Assembly (NCBI GenBank): GCA_028534125.1
Contig: CM052816.1
Coordinates: 67,396,001 to 67,460,000 of the forward strand
Origin: Lama glama
Lineage: Eukaryota
Reading direction: 5' to 3'
DNA: 64,000 nucleotides
Position numbers and translations under genes: made by a program. Positions 38,345-51,368 of the stretch are shown in pieces (position 1 is the stretch's first letter; each line of letters opens with the position of its first letter). Under the pieces are notes generated by a model that was not told the origin of the DNA, did no database searches, and saw nothing but the letters and a program-made list of their open reading frames with translations.

Positions 38345-40375
38345 GGTCAGAACGCTAACAGTCTCTGAGACTCTTTCGGGGTTGGTTGAGGTGAAAACTA
38401 TTTTCATTATAATACTAACATGTTTTTGCTTTTGTCACGCTCATTTTCTCATGTATGCACACTAGAGTTTTCCAGAGACTTACGTGACATGTGATAATGT
38501 TATTGCTTTGCTGACAAATGGAATATGTTTGTATAGTGTTTTTTTGTTTTTGGGGGGTTTTTAGAAATTTCTAATGCATTTGGTTTAGGGTAAAAATGTA
38601 TGCATTTTCAGAGATTAACTCAGTTTGTTCTCCATGCTCCTACTGGGCTCCTGCTAGCTATTTTCAGTTATACTTGCTATGATCTCTGCAAACTCATTAT
38701 ATATGATTTTGAAGCCCACAAGTTTTTCTTGTACCTCTATGGGAACACCACCACCAAGGGTATTTTGGTATCTTGTTTCACAGTATTTTTAAATTCCTGA
38801 AAACTATTCTAGATTTTTTTACCTAAAATAATTTCATAACTTAATATTTTTATATGAAAATTAACTAACTATATATTTTTCTTATGCTTAAGAATAGTGA
38901 CTTAAAAATAAGGAGCTTAAAACACTGGGTTTTTTTTTTCCATGCACAGCTGTGCCATGTACATCTGAAGATGTTGAGAGATGAAACTGACACCCAAATG
39001 TTTTCTAACTCACGGAAGAGGGGAATCTATTCCAAAGATACGGGAAAATATAAACAAACAAAAGTACTATCTTCCCTTTGGCTTTATACTTGTTTATAAC
39101 CTGCCTTACTGTGCCTTATGCAGCAAAACATTTTCAAAAAGTTTTGTAGGGAGACTTAAATTGCAGCATCATTTTGAGATGAGAATTTTAAAAAAGAGTT
39201 TAAAGAAAAAAGAATTGAGTACCGTACTGAGTTAATAGTATGCCCCCAAATTAATGTCTACCATGAACCTGAGAATGTCACGTTCTGGAGACAAGATCTT
39301 TGCAGACGTAATTGAATAAGATGAGTCATAATAGATTAGGCCCTAATCCAATGACTGACGTCCTTATAAGAAAACAGAGACATACAGACACACAGAGGGA
39401 AAACAGCCATGTAAAAATGGAAGCAGAGATTAGAGTTATTCTGCCACAAATCAAGGAATGCCAAGGATTTTCAGAAACCACCTGAAGCTAGGAAGACGCA
39501 AGGAAGGATCCTCTCCTAGAGACTTCAGGGAGGGAATGGCCCTACCAACACCTTGATTTCAGACTTCCAGCCTCCAGAACTGAGAGATAACAAATTTCTG
39601 TTGTTGAAGGCCACCCAGTTTGTGGTACTTCGTTATAGCAGCCCTATGAAACTAATACAAATATTTTTAACGTAGATGTACTGAGCTCTTTAAAAGCCAA
39701 AATTGTTTCAGCTTTTCTAAACTGGAAATGAGAAGCATCTCACAGGTTTTAGTATTGTATTGACTGGAGAAACCCACACCTTAGCTGAGAGGCATTTAAT
39801 TTAAAGCCCTGATACAACTGACGCTATTGAATGCCTGAAAATTCAGTAAAGAAATCACACGAGTGCCATTTTCCAACGATATGGTAATTTGTTGAATTAA
39901 AATTTTAGCTGCAAACATGAAGACTGAAGCCATTTACAAATGGCTAAATCTATCGATGCTGCTGAACTTGCTGTTTTGCTGATAGTCGTCTGGTATCAGT
40001 ATCGACTAATTATCGAAGTATATTTTCTTTATGTGAATGCTGGCCAACAAACACAAGTGGCACTGAAACAGTCAAAGCACTGAATATCTTCTTTAAATCA
40101 CATAGTTTATACTGGAAAAACTGTTTTGAACATTTGCACCAACAGTACAAAAGAAATGGGTAAAAGTGTTGGTACTTTAGCATGAATTTAGGTGAAGGCA
40201 CCAAACAATATTAGTAATCATTGTATCTTTCCACTACCAGGGACTAATAATAAAAGGAAAAAACACCAGCTTCATTTAAGAATGTTCTGTATAAAACAGT
40301 AAAAATTATTTTTACTAGATTTCAACTCTTGAGTAGATGTCTTTTTAATATTCTGCGTGATGCAATGGGACATAT
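38345..40375 (+). mobile_element. Charlie1-like (hAT) DNA transposon remnant, interrupted by an MLT1 LTR
   Basis: gaggtgaaaactattttcattataatactaa...gagttttccagag...tgacatgtgat and ttgagtagatgtctttttaatattctgcgtga resemble Charlie1 motifs. Confidence 0.7.
39223..39659 (+). mobile_element. MaLR LTR, MLT1B/C-like
   Basis: ccctaatccaatgactgacgtccttataaga...ccaacaccttgatttcagacttccagcctccagaactg...actaataca. Confidence 0.88.
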
Positions 40376-40799
40376 ACCGAAGACTAAATATCCCAGGTCA
40401 TGTTACTCATATTGTGCTATCAGAAAGCATGAGACAAAGAAATTACACAGAACATCTAAAAGAGAAGCAGTTTAAGTTATTTATGACCTTGTAATGAGTC
40501 ACAATAAAAAATAATGACAATTTTAAAAGAATGAAATAACAAATTTCATCTATGTAAGACCATACAATCTAAGTCAAAAGGGCCATTAGATATCTAGGTT
40601 AAGATTTTCCCAAATACAAGGAGTCCTCCATAATACCTATCGAAATTGGTCACTGAGGTCCTGCTTGACTACTGCCAATGCTCACTCCTTCTCAAGCAAC
40701 CCACCGTGTAAGAACGCTAGTAGAAAGATTTTTCATTCAGTGAGCTGAAATCTGCATCCCTCCTCCAACATCCTTGGATTGGCCCTTCAGGGAGCTATG

Positions 40800-41200
40800 C
40801 TGACATAGTGGAAATTACACTAAATTAGGAAATTAGAAGACCCCATTCATAAATTCCAGTGTACCCACATGCTAGCCAGATGACTTTGGGCAAATTACTA
40901 ACTTCCTTGGATTTCAGCTTGTGAAAATGAAGAGCACTAATCCTTCCCACCACACACCAGCAACTGGTGCAGGGATCAGTGAAAACATGTTTAAAACGAC
41001 GTGGTAAACAGAAGATAATGTTTATTCACGCAACACATTTGCTGACTGTTGACTACATGCCACGTCTCAGAAGGGCTTTACGTGTTTTGGGATTTTTATT
41101 GGTCTTCCCCAAAATTTTATGAGACAGCTCCAAATAGTATCCCATTTTACACCTAAAGAAACTAAAACACACATATGTAGGTAACTTAACTAACATCACA
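40800..41200. mobile_element. Two MIR fragments in opposite orientations
   Basis: tgactttgggcaaattactaactt (+) and cccattttacacctaaagaaactaa (-). Confidence 0.65.
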
Positions 41201-43436
41201 AAAAAACCACCTGATTAATCCGTTTTCCTAATAGTCCTGCAAATACTTAAAGCCAGCTTTCCTACCTGCTCTCTAATTGCCTTATCTTTTGGGGCCCCTT
41301 GCACACGTGTCTGTGTTTTGCTCAGAATAGCCTGGCACCAAAGCAATTGATCAATGGACTTCTGAGACCCAAGAACGCCTGTGCTAATCAGGTTCAAAAA
41401 GACAAATACCCATGAAGAGCCACCCAGCCTACAGTGAGACACATGCTTGGAAAATCTAACTTCTCTTCATAATTATCTCCAACTGAAAAAGAACAGCTTA
41501 AAAATTTGCCAAGGTTAGCAACGGCAATTTCTGCAGAAACTTTGCCTACAAAATCAATAGCTAAAACTCAAGGCAAACAACCAGTATTAGTCTAGTCTAG
41601 AACTCTCTTGTTAAAGTCGTATCTTATAAAACAAAGACATGTGATTTTTAGTTTTGACACATTGAAACAACCACACAAACGACTATGGTTTCAGAATAGC
41701 CACACTGGTAGGCTCTGCTCTTTGTAAGACTCGGGAAACTGCTGGGCTGGTGCAAAATGTGTGAATGATTCTGGTGATGCTGCCAGTGCTTAGAACATTT
41801 TCTGAATTCTTTTGTTTATGTCCTCCAAAGTCAAGATGTATTTATTTCAAAGTATCTTTGATAGTAGCATTTCTTGGTCTTAGAGAACACTACAAGTTAT
41901 GAAATACTTCCTTCTTCTCAATGGTGAAATAAACCACAGAAAAGTGCATATACATTATGAAGAGTTTGAACATGCTTTAAAAGTAAATTTAGGTTTTTTA
42001 GAAATTTTTTAGAAATACCTAAAGCACCTATTCAAAGAGAATTTTTTAAAACAAATTTTCAGGTACTGAGAATGTACCTAAGTATCTATTTATATAAAGA
42101 ATCCAGTACTTACCTCTCCTGGACTTAGTTAAATATAGATGTAAATATAGATATTTAGATAAAATGATCATGTCTCTTGGGGAAGGCCATGTCTTCTTAT
42201 CTCTGAGTCTCCTCATTCACTAACACTACATTTTGCTTATAGTAATTGTCCAGTAATTATTCAATTATTTGCTTTTTAGTATGAGTTACTTTGGACATGG
42301 AAGAAAGAAAATATATATGTATTAGAAGAGAAAAATTACTTATTAGAACCTAATTTTTTAACATCATTACATAATAAGGTATTATTCATGGAGTGTCTTA
42401 GGGAACTTCTGTGAAAGCCAGATCCTTGTTCAATCTTACGCCCAACATGCCTCTTATAGTTTGCCTCTTTCATTACTAATGTGTACCCCTCAACCTAGAC
42501 AACTCTTCACCTACTCACTTCTGAATGAGGCATTTGCAAGCTTTCCCTCCTACCTGTCCCTGCTGTTTAAAAAAATCATACATATGAACTTTGATGTTTA
42601 AGTGTTTTTAAAGCTCAACAGAGCATTTAGTCTTGATGGTCCAGTTTCATTTGTCTTTGATGGCTCCCCATTGGGTCAACACAGAATCAGGATCCTTTGT
42701 CATCGACCTCCTGCTGCCTCATCAGCTTTATCTCCTCTTCCTATACTTGTACTGAACGCCTTAAGTTTTCCCGAACTCATAGTCCCTAAAATTTGCCTCA
42801 GATTCCCTTCTGCCATCTGTGACTCTTAATAAATTGTTATTCAGTAAAAACAAGCTATAATGTTCCCCGGAAAATCTTCCCTGAACCCTCTAAACCTGCC
42901 CTTAACTAACCCTACACACCACAAAAAACCACAATACTCATTTGCAACATGTTTCTCCTACAAAGTTTCCATCACTTTCAGCACAAGGGTTATCTTTATT
43001 CTTTGTATTTCCAGCACAGGGTCTGGCCAAGCAGGCCCTCATTTACTGACTTCATTATTTAACTTGGTAAGGCTGCAGATACAAGCAGTATTTACTACTA
43101 AAGAAGACACTGACCAAATATAAATGTAAACCAGCAGAGGATGTTTATCTCCATACTTTTTCACTCTGCATTCTGGATCAGACCCCTTCTAACCTAAGGT
43201 TAGATGACAGAGCAGGTTATTTGAACTCTGGAGCCAGTTAGACTGTTTAGCCCTGTCTCTAGCAAGATATAGTAGGGGTTCTCAGTCCTTGCTGCAACTT
43301 GTCCCTTATCCTTTCCTATGGATTTAGAGCCCATGTGGCACCTATAGAGTGGCTTAACTGTATCATTTTGCAGCTTCACTAGCTGAGGAAGGTGTTCCCT
43401 TATAGCTGGTTCGAGTTGACTCAATATACTGATTTT

Positions 43437-43545
43437 AATGACAATGAATATATGTATGTATATGCATGACTAGGACATTGTGCTGTACACTAGAAACTGA
43501 CACGTTGTAACTGAAGGTATTCAATAAAAAACAGCAACAAAAAAC
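43437..43545 (+). mobile_element. Short L1 3' end with TSD
   Basis: Homologous to the insertions at 2634 and 25001. Flanking repeat actgatttt at 43428-43436 and 43546-43554. Confidence 0.8.
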
Positions 43546-44404
43546 ACTGATTTTCCTTTTTTCCCCCATCAGAGACATGAGATCTTTCCCTCACTCCAAC
43601 CTCAGGAAGAATTTCTGTATTGTCCTCTTCTGTGTCAAATTGTTGGCCTGAACACCCAATACTGAGCAATTATCTGAGTTATTATCTGGGCCTTGTCCTA
43701 CAAGCATCCACCAGACTTCAAATGCAGGCCCCCAAATTCTGATGGGAACCTGATGTCTTGTAATAGAAACTTCTAATACCAAACATTGGACCCTCATTTG
43801 TTTCAAAGCTCTTGACCTATTTTATTTCCTATTGCTGTTAAAGTTTCTTCTGGTTCTTAATTCATGTTCAGAACAAACATAACATACTCCATCAAAAACT
43901 CCGTCACTTCAGGGAAAAGCTCTAATTTCCACCAAAGGCTTTGCCTAAAGGCTCTTCCTTTAAAAATAAACGGCCTATATTATTGTTGGCACAATCCAAT
44001 TGAGCATAAAAAAGACATTTTTATGTTTATGAACATGAAAGTAGAGAATGCTGATGGAGCAAGTCAGAAAAGAAATTACTCCACTTTTAGGGGAGAATAG
44101 AGAAAAAGTTTGTCCTTCTAAAACTGCGTGTTTTTACTAAGGTTTTCCCATTTTCTCAGAAAAAGTCTCTATTTGTATTGCAATGATAAATCTGCATTTC
44201 TTTCAATGTGATTCAGGATGCAATATATTTTATCCTGGATGGATACAAAACTACAATCACCTTTACAAAAGGGGGAAAATATTTTCCTGTAAGTAGTTTG
44301 CAAGACCGAAAAATCATCCAGGTAATGGTGCGAAGATTGAATAATACAACCCACTTTCACTTTAGATAAATTTTCAAAGGTCTGGTCCTCAAGATTTAGA
44401 AGAC

Positions 44405-44585
44405 AGATCAGCAAATTACTGTTCTGAGATGGCCAATTTTACTGGAACACAGAACACATCCATTCACTTACATATTGTCTATCACTGCTTTCATGCTGTA
44501 ATGGCAGAGTTGAGTAGCTCCAACAAATTACATTGCCTGAAATATCTTCCATCTGCCCTTTACAGAAAGTTGGCTAACACCCAAT
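44405..44585 (+). mobile_element. MER58-like fossil
   Basis: cattcacttacatattgtctatcactgctttcatgctgtaatggcagagttgagtag. Confidence 0.75.
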
Positions 44586-45629
44586 TTAGAAAAAATTTCC
44601 CATAAGGAAATTACAGGCAAGTTGATAAGTGGCACAGAGCTTCTATGCCTCTATTTGGGCATAAAGATGATCGCTGTATGCCTTACTTCTCAGTATCCAG
44701 ATTTTATTCATTCTGCCAAATGGCTCACTATACAACTCATTTCACCAAAATAATAAAAAATGCTGTGTCAGGACAAAAGTCCAAATTGGAGTGGAAAATA
44801 CTAACTCCAAATAAAATTAATACTTTCACCTCACCAAATCAACTTCCTAGAAAGCAACTACTATAAAGTACCCAGACTAATTGAAGAGAAATATGGGTTA
44901 ATCAATTGCTTGTTTGCTCACTTCTCTAGTCATTAAACACACACGCACATTAAAGCTGCATTAAGGCTATGACAACACAAATTCACTACTAAAAAGACCC
45001 TCTAGTATATCATTACAGAGTCACAAAAGCTGATACCTGTAATCTAATTTTCTCACGTTGTCAGTAACCTAGACCTAGTGAGCTTGTTCCATGATCTAGT
45101 GTCCACTTAAGGGTAAGCAGCTTTAAAGTCATTTTCCTCTCACCACAATTTTCCAGCCCATTAGTTCTGTTTATTCTTAGCATCCCAGAAAACAGGAAAC
45201 CTTGAGAGAAATGGAGTAGAGGTAGCAAGTCAATCTCCAGCTTAGAATTATTTCCACAAATCACATAAAATGATGTGACTGCCCAAGGCAGTTCTATTTC
45301 TAAAGATTTGAAAGCACTGAAGCCCATCTTTGTAATTAGTTCACAAGAATATGGTTTACCATTAGTTGATGGCTCCATTTCAGGAAACTGGTAAATCTCA
45401 CTTTAAAGATTAAGGAAAATCAGACTATCAAGCTTAGTTCATAACTGAGCATGGCAAATAAATGAAGCAGAGATGAAAACAAGTCAGTTTTAGTTCACCG
45501 TGAGAACTCAACCAGATGTTTCACACCATATATAATCATTTAGAGTAATATCTGCTGTTTAAACGTAATTAAAAAAAATGTACTACATGCTACTGGAGTT
45601 CCTGTTGAGTAACATGGTATTAACAGTAG

Positions 45630-45915
45630 TGAATAATAGCTAAAATTTATGGAACACCTACTGTGTGGCCAGGATTTATACCAGATGTTCTACATGATTC
45701 TCTTCATCCTTACAATAACTCTACGGATTAGATATTACCATCTCAAGAAGCTAACTTACCTGGATTAAGATTGCAGCTCACATAAAGGGCAAGGACAGGT
45801 TTCAAATCCAGGTATGGTTATTTCCACCATTCTGCATGTCAATACATTAGAATCACCATTTTTTCTTTTTAAGCTCTCCAGTGACACCAATGGGCAGACA
45901 AGTTTGGGAACCACT
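45630..45915. mobile_element. MIR fragment (-) followed by a MER5-like fragment
   Basis: ataatagctaaaatttatggaacacctactgtgtggccagg...ggtttcaaatccagg, then ...aagtttgggaaccact. Confidence 0.6.
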
Positions 45916-48867
45916 ACAACATGGGCTCTTACATATATCAAGAGTTAGAAAGCTGCTGCATTAAACATGCCACAGTAGTGTTCTTTCAATACACCTAATG
46001 ACTTAACACGTTATAAACTTCATTGTTTCAGACTAGGTTTCTACAAAACAAATATAATCTGAAGAATAAATTAAATGCATGCAATTAACTGCGCAAGTTA
46101 TGTCTCATAAGTAAAACAAGAGTATTTCAATTAAAAAACCTTTTAAAGTAGGTAATTACTGAATAGCACATTCTCAAACCCTTAACTACAAACTTTCCAG
46201 GTCCATGTGCCCCATAGTGCCTCAAATTATATATTAAAATAACCAGTTCTCTTGGGAGCCCCATCAATTTTCTAAGTTCTACCATTCAGCACTGCCTAAG
46301 GCAAGGAAATCAAGTAGCAAAATAGAATAATCAAAACTTCTCTGCAGCACTTGGGAGGTTTTTAGGGATTTTTGCTATTGCTTGAAATGCCCTGCTCATC
46401 CCATCCCGAACAGCCAAGTAACCAATACAACCTTCAGAAACATATTGTTCAAAAGAAAGAGTAACAATTTCCACTTCTCAATTAGTGATATCTATCATTT
46501 AAAAGCCCTAGAAATGTATCCCTAAGTTTATAAGCCAAAGTAAAAAATAAAAAAATCTCACTTTAAAGAAAAATTTCTCAACAGCCTTTTCTAGTCCAGA
46601 TATCTAAATTCTAATGAAGTGTATTTTAATAAAACATTAATTTTATAAAGTTTGTAGGATTATGGATCATCCAAATAGAATCTAACATCAGATTAAGGTT
46701 ATTTTTTGGGGGGCTGACAAATCATTTATGACACATTCCTAAGTAAGTTTAAAAGGTTTACATACCCATAATCTAACTACAGCTCTTATAAACACTAGCA
46801 AAAGGAACTTAGCATATGTTTGGATACCAAGCCCTTCAACATACTGAATTTTAACTAACACATGATCATCCACTGTGAATTGGGTGTTTCCTGTGGAGCC
46901 CAAATTCATACTTCAATGCAATGTGACGCACTTACAATACATGTGCTTGTAATTAACGTCTGTCTTTTCAGTATAATTTGAATTGTTTTAAACACTGGTA
47001 TTACAATGAATACTGCTGCAAACTGCTTGTAAAATCCTGCATAAATGGATGAAGGAAAGCATCACTCATATCTGGGTGATGGGGTCCCTGAGGAAACACA
47101 ACTGTCACTCACCTTTGGGTGACTTAGCAATCAAAGTGTTAATGTAAACCTGACACTATCAAATCAACCTGATTATTTCTAGGTTAACACTTTTATATTC
47201 ATTTCAACTTTAATAAAAATATACTTAAGGAAATAACTTATTCTAATCCTTAATATAAAACAAGATACAATTTTTGAAATGCTACTTTAAATTCATTAAG
47301 AACTTTGTTCATTACATTTCAGCACCCTCCCCGACAAAAAAGGTGGGGGGAGAGGAGAGCAGTAGTAAAAGGGAGCAATTACAAAAAAGACACCAAAATA
47401 CTTTGTGGAGTGACAGTTATGTTCACTACCTTGATTGCAGTGATGACTTTACAGGTCAAAGATTATCAAATTACATGCTATAAATATGTAGTTTGTGCCC
47501 TTTTATATCACAATAGAGTGGGTGTAAAAAAAAAAAAAACTTGCTGCAGAGAAACCAAGTTTGAAGCAGTCAAAAGTAGTACTTTTTTTCAAGCCCCCAT
47601 GGCCTGGGTTTGGCAGTTTTACACTGGACATAAAATTTAACTAGTTTCTACAATGTATGTGGGCTCCCTTTCAAACAATTACAGTCCAAACTCTTAACCA
47701 GCTGCCCATTATTTAGATAGCAACTTGAAATTACGCTAAGTTTTATCCACACCATTCTATCAAAATAATTTGTATGGCTTCACCCACTCAGTAACCAAAT
47801 TGGTTAATGCTACCTTTTAACACAGAATAAACATACCACTGTTCCTTACCATGCTTAACACATTCCATATCACAATGCGTAGATGTACAATAAACAACAA
47901 ATACTGATAAATGGGATTTAAGGCAAAAAAAAATTGAATGGAAAGCGGAGAATGCCAGAAAATTACAGAATCTTTTCTGAAAGCTGTTTAGAAAACTCAG
48001 TAAGGTAGATTTCAAACGTAAACCATATTTCTCAGGTCCCTTCTGGCTTGAGTTAGCAAATACAACTTGCATCTGACAGATTTCATTAATCTATTAACCA
48101 AAGAGTACAATCTAAGAGTCACAAAGACAGTCAATGTGACACTGACGGAGCTTTGTCAAAGTGTACTTTTAGGGTCTCTTTTTTTAAGTGACTGGACTGA
48201 CTTTGCAGCATATTGTAAAATAAAAGCCTATTTTAAAAGATAACTTTAAGGTAAATACTTTGTTACCACTCTAACTCATCCTCATAAGTTTTGTGGCGGG
48301 TGAAATTGTGTTTTAATTTTCCCATAACCACCAGTCTCAGTGTGAACAAAAAAATCTGGCTTCTGGAGAACGCTGGGGAGCCTGAGAAGGATTACTGAAA
48401 TAAGAAATAGCAAAAACACTGCAGCCTTCTGAGGAAACAGATTGAGGATTACCTCAATCTGATATAAAACCTAAAACATTTTGCTCTAAGATCATGCTCT
48501 TTACAATAAGCATATATTTAAACATGGGAGTGGGATGGGGGAAGCTAAAAGCAAATATGAGTAAACAAAACCAGAAAAATCAAAAAACAAAATACACAAA
48601 GTCAAATTACTCTTCCAATCAAGGGTAAACAGAAATGATTCTAAAATTAATGTGCAAATGAAAAATAAAGTGGTTAACATTCACTCATTTAATAAACTTA
48701 TTAAGTAGTTGATAATGAAAAGGATTTTCCATAGCTTTCTTTTTCTAAACTCAAAAGGTAATCAACATTTGTGATAAAGTATAATTTTAATAAGTGAATA
48801 AAGCACATTATGTTTAGAGACCAGTACCTTGAACACTACAGAGAACGACAATATTCTGAAAATCCAG

Positions 48868-48873
48868 TTTATT
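48868..48873 (-). terminator. GPBP1: Distal polyadenylation signal AATAAA
   Basis: tttatt on the + strand. Downstream on the minus strand is a GT-rich tract (ttgtcgttctctgtagtgttc). Confidence 0.7.
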
Positions 48874-49343
48874 TTCCATGTTGTGGACAGATCCAGTCAG
48901 TGTGATCAGTTTTTCTGCATGTGTAATAATTTATCAAAATAAGTTTTCCCACAAGACTCTTCCATCAACTCTGAAAATCCTGGTCTGACAACATACCCAA
49001 ATAAAGCTCTTGAAAATCACCTCTTAAAATTTGGAATAAAGTGTGGCAAGTCTTTCCTGTAACATTTACTTAACTACAAATGGCTAAAGAGCAATTTATG
49101 TTTTAAAAGGTGACTAGCACAACAGTTGAGTTCAGGAGATTAATGTTTTAGTGCACTTTGCTCCAGTTTTAGCCAACATGCTACATTGTCCTTTGGGGGG
49201 GGCGGGGGCGGCGGCACAAAGTGGACTTGAGGATTTCCATTGTACGAAAAAGATAGGACTGCAAGCAAAACAGTGTAAGCTGCCTTTTTTTCTTAAGACC
49301 TGGACATTTTAAGACAGAAGCTTTGCAAAACATTACACAATTT

Positions 49344-49349
49344 TTTATT
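49344..49349 (-). terminator. GPBP1: Proximal polyadenylation signal AATAAA
   Basis: tttatt on the + strand, about 300 nt after the stop, followed on the minus strand by ttgtgtaatgttttgc. Confidence 0.55.
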
Positions 49350-49652
49350 ATTAAATGAGAAAATCTCATTTGTTACATCGTCACATTGCTAGTCAGAGAA
49401 ATGCTGCAGTGATGAAGAAAGTCAATGTTGGATCAACCAAAGTCCTCATTTCTACAACATTCATTTACAAAGAAATAATGTTCAACACAGCCCAACACAA
49501 CATTCTTGGTTTTCTTCATATTGAAGTCCCCCCAAAAAATCTTCTAATGGGGTATTTTACTACATAAATTATAGTTCTTCATTTTTACAATTCACCCCAA
49601 ACTGTATGAGAGATGTATCACACTAAAATTTCTAAAGCTGTTAGGAAATCCT

Positions 49653-49811
49653 TCACACATCGTCGTCATCTGATGTGTCACTGCTACTTGTCTCTGTGTC
49701 ATCATTCTCAATAGTGGGTTTGAAAGTGCTGTTTTTCCAGGGTCCAAACTTGAAGTCACAGATCAGGCCATTTTTCAAAATACCATTTTTCCTCAGACCA
49801 TTCTTCTGTAA
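49653..49811 (-). CDS. GPBP1: GPBP1 (Vasculin) last coding exon
   Basis: Acceptor ttttag, then LQKNGLRKNGILKNGLICDFKFGPWKNSTFKPTIENDDTETSSSDTSDDDDV* (159 nt). Recognised as the GPBP1 C-terminus. Confidence 0.97.
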   Translation of the reverse strand, partial: LQKNGLRKNGILKNGLICDFKFGPWKNSTFKPTIENDDTETSSSDTSDDDDV

Positions 49812-50599
49812 CTAAAATGTCAACAAAAATAAATTGAATACACAAACTATCCTCCAAGAGTTACTTTCAAATTAAGAATGCTCTAATAATTAAATGTAAT
49901 CATGAATACAATAAAAGAAATAAAACTGTATCTTACTCCAAAAACTCCACAGATTATGGTTATTATCTCTGAAAAACTAGTTAGATAAAAGTAATTGATC
50001 CAAAGTATTTCATAGGAATAAATCATTACCTTTAGGAGAGAACTGAGTTTACCATCTACCAAACCACAATTAAAAAAAATCAGTGTGCAGTACCAGTCTA
50101 GTGAAAACTGCACAGATTCTGGATTCAGACAGGATAGGTGTGAACTAATTCTGTCACTTTTTAAGGGATTAACCTTTCCAAACTTTCATTTCCTTAATGA
50201 AAATTGTAATAAATACCTTCAGATGCTGCCTATAATAGTCAACAACCATTAAGCTGAACAGCTCTTTTTATCCCAACTGGGCAATTAATACACCCCACAA
50301 TATGCTTTATTCATACTTTGTAGAACACCTATAATACAAAGTATTCCAGTAAGTAGTATTCAAGTACGGTATTTTACAAAGGGAAGTCTTTAACTAGCCA
50401 CAGAGATTAAGATATTAAAAAATATATTAAATGCATTTCTGAAAATGAGAAATCAGAACTAAAGGACTAGTATGGTAATAAGAATTAAGGCCAAAGATCA
50501 CATATGGGAGGCTTGAAATTAGCTGTGAAGAATTTGTATAGAAATCAAATCTGATCTTTATCTCTGATATTTTCTAAATAACTGTATTGTTCCCAAGGG

Positions 50600-51225
50600 G
50601 GAAAATACATCTATTAGGTCTCCTAAAATCAGCTCCCTCTCTTGCATTCCTGTCTAAAATGATGATATGATAATTATCAGCTCATAGGTTACTGATTCTT
50701 TTCCAGGTTAAGTCTCATAGGGACCATGTTTTTTTACTGTCATTTCTCTACTTCAGGCCCTCATTTATCCCCCCCCCCAATTATTACAATATATTCCCAA
50801 CTTATCTCCCTGACTCTAGTCTTCCAAATTACAATCCCAATATACACCTTACACTATACCTGTACTTCCACATGTACAAACTGTTTCATATGCCTAAAAA
50901 CACCTTGAAAAGTTTCCTATCATACTCCTGACATGGCATACTAAGACCTTCATAATATAACCATATGGTTTTTTTCAACCTTATATCATGGTTAAGGGCA
51001 CAGGCTATTAAACTCTAAAGGCACAGGCTATTAAACTCAGCCAGACTTGGGCTCAACATCTAGCTCCATTACTGATAAACTGTATTACCTAGAGCAAGTT
51101 AACACAACCACTACAAGCCTTAGTTCTGTCATCTATACAGCAGGACTAATATTACCTACTTCATACAAATACTACAAAATCCCTTAGCACAACACCTAAG
51201 GGTATTAAGACATACAACGTTACTT
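50600..51225. mobile_element. L2 fragment followed by MIR (intronic)
   Basis: ctcctgacatggcatactaagaccttcataat is L2-like. gctccattactgataaactgtattacctagagcaagttaa...cttagttctgtcatctata is MIR. Confidence 0.6.
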
Positions 51226-51230
51226 ACAAT

Positions 51231-51368
51231 TAGGGTGGCCATGTAATTTATCATTCAAACTAGGACACTTTTGGGAATCAAAGTAAACATTTGTCATTAA
51301 TAACTACAGTGGGATTAACATGCATAAACTGGGACTCTCGAGGGTAAACTAGGACTTAGATTCACCCT
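51231..51368 (+). mobile_element. MER94-like (hAT-Blackjack) miniature element
   Basis: Inverted termini tagggtg...cacccta and internal catgtaatttatcattcaaactaggacac. Confidence 0.75.

Larger units (their letters stand above)
48850..49652 (-). other. GPBP1: GPBP1 3' UTR (distal end inferred)
   Basis: AT-rich sequence with no recognisable repeats after the stop codon, ending just past the distal AATAAA. Confidence 0.7.
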
